Source: Podarcis melisellensis
Lineage: Eukaryota
DNA length: 64,000 bases
Assembly (NCBI GenBank): GCA_964234715.1
Contig: OZ174280.1
Direction: 5' to 3' (one strand)
In this document: piece after piece, positions 62,299 to 64,000 of the stretch
Numbering within the stretch: the first letter of the stretch is position 1
Layout of the letters: every line of letters begins with the position of its first letter
The notes under the pieces: generated by a model
The model's database searches: none
What the model saw: only the letters and a program-made list of their open reading frames with translations
What the model was told of the DNA's origin: nothing
Program-made: the position numbers and the translations under genes

Positions 62299-64000
62299 GT
62301 TGTAATGTATATCAGTATTATTCAGAAGGCCCATGGTGTACTTGCCGTGAACATTGTGATGGAAGAGTATATTTATGGGTGCATTATAGTCTTTTGGTAA
62401 AGTTTGCTCTTTTTATTTAAATTACAACATCAATTAAAGCTGCAATCCTACACCTACTTACCTGGGAATAAGACCTGCAGCACTCAGTGGATCTTACATC
62501 TGAGCAGGCATGTCTAGAATTACCTGTTACATTACACTCTCAGGGAGTATGAAAAATAGTGTGCTCACGATTGATTATACAGAGGAAGCTAAATATACAA
62601 ACTCCCTTTGTTAGCCTCACAGCTTACACAGTTTCACCCAATAAAGGTTAAGGTCTTTCCATTTGTTTCTGTGGAGACAGATATTTGAGTAGCGTAGGTA
62701 ATGATGTAGAACTTCCGTTTGACTGTGTGAGGACAAATCATTTTAAAGATGTGTTTATGTTGCTTGGGGACTATTTGATTTGATTTGGGACAAATAGTTC
62801 TCAGTTAATTGTCTTTGGAAAGCCAAAGGGGACCAATACTTGGAGCAAATAATATTTTGCTAAAGTTTGCAGAATGCAAATAATATTAAACTTGGCAAAA
62901 TGTCATTCCTCTCCAACAACTAGTTGATATAAACAAAGGGGTGTGTGTTTTTTTAATGCAAACTGTAACATGTAGCGGCTTCAAACACCAGTGGTTTTAT
63001 GTTTCTTGTGTCCACTTGGCTTCAGCAATGCAGTGCAAACTCTCAGTGCTAATAAATTCATACAGAGTTTCCAAAACTAATGAAAACAAGCTGTGCATAA
63101 AATTGTGACAATTGAGGCAAATTCCATGCCCATGTGCGCTGTTAAGGATCCTTTGGGCTCTAACGATACAGAACAATTTGAAGTTTCATAGTGTGAAGTA
63201 TCTACATGAAGTGTAAAAGTAGGAAAATTTGGGTGTGGCTGTGGCAGGGAAGGAATAAATAAATAAGAAATAATTAGGACCTTGTTTTACAGTATTTGAG
63301 GTGGAGAATATATTTGCCAAAATGTTAAGGTGATTTCTAAAACATCTGGAAAAATTCAGAAGTTTTTGTTTGGGTGGTTGTGGCACTTGGGGAGGCCAAG
63401 TGTTAGGAACTATGCCATTGTAATGAAGTAAGACTTTCTGCTAATGTCCATGTAAACAATGGCACACACTCATGAAGGCTTATGAAAGCGGTATATGACG
63501 CTGATTACTCTATTTATCCTTTGCCACAAAAATCTTGTCTCCTGTTCTTGATTTGATCTAACTTGTTCTTGGGGAAACAAAATGTAGCAACTATTTTTTA
63601 TTTTATTTTTTTGTAATCAGGCTGCAGAATGCATTGTAAGTCCTTTTCGTGTACAAATCAGGTCTAAAGAATTATATCGGTGGAGCAATTTGGATTGCCA
63701 GCTAATCAGCTTTGCAAGTTGATTCAAACATCCCTTTTCTACTGTCCTCAAAGTGTGGTGCATAATTAAGGAGTTACTAGTAGAATACAGAAGTTTACAA
63801 ATCTTTCCTGTGCAGCATGTTGAACATTGTCTTGAAATCTGAATATGTACATCTAATGATAGCCAACATATTTTGCAAATGAAGATAATCCAGTCCCTCC
63901 TTACAATGAAACATGGGTGAGAAGTACTGCTTGGTTGGCTGTTTAGTTCACCCTATCCCCTTATACTGTATTTAGATAGATCTGCCTGCTCTGTTTATAA

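Overview
This is vertebrate nuclear DNA, almost certainly from a squamate and most likely a lacertid lizard. The evidence is Sauria SINEs, Squam3 SINEs with a (CTT)n tail, BovB, CR1 and L2 LINE fragments, and lizard-type hAT and Tc1/mariner MITEs. I recognise no host protein-coding gene. The ORF track is explained by chance ORFs plus decayed CR1 and BovB ORF2 fragments, so the window looks like a large intron or intergenic DNA. The best-supported content is transposable-element architecture, often with exact TIRs and target-site duplications (TSDs). Most notable are: (i) short TSD-flanked Penelope-like inserts carrying degenerate minimal type-I hammerhead ribozyme cores (44.4 and 53.7 kb, with older relics at 21.1 and 37.5 kb); (ii) a 487-bp fold-back insert with ~92%-identical inverted arms and a 15-bp TSD inside a hAT MITE (50.2-50.7 kb); (iii) a three-level SINE>Penelope>BovB nest at 53.7-54.1 kb; and (iv) target-derived extra repeats at the 5' junctions of BovB-mobilised inserts. 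Several exon-like segments and TE-free AT-rich blocks are low-confidence candidates only. I cannot support a wholly new biological system from this sequence alone. All family names come from recalled consensus sequences, not database searches.
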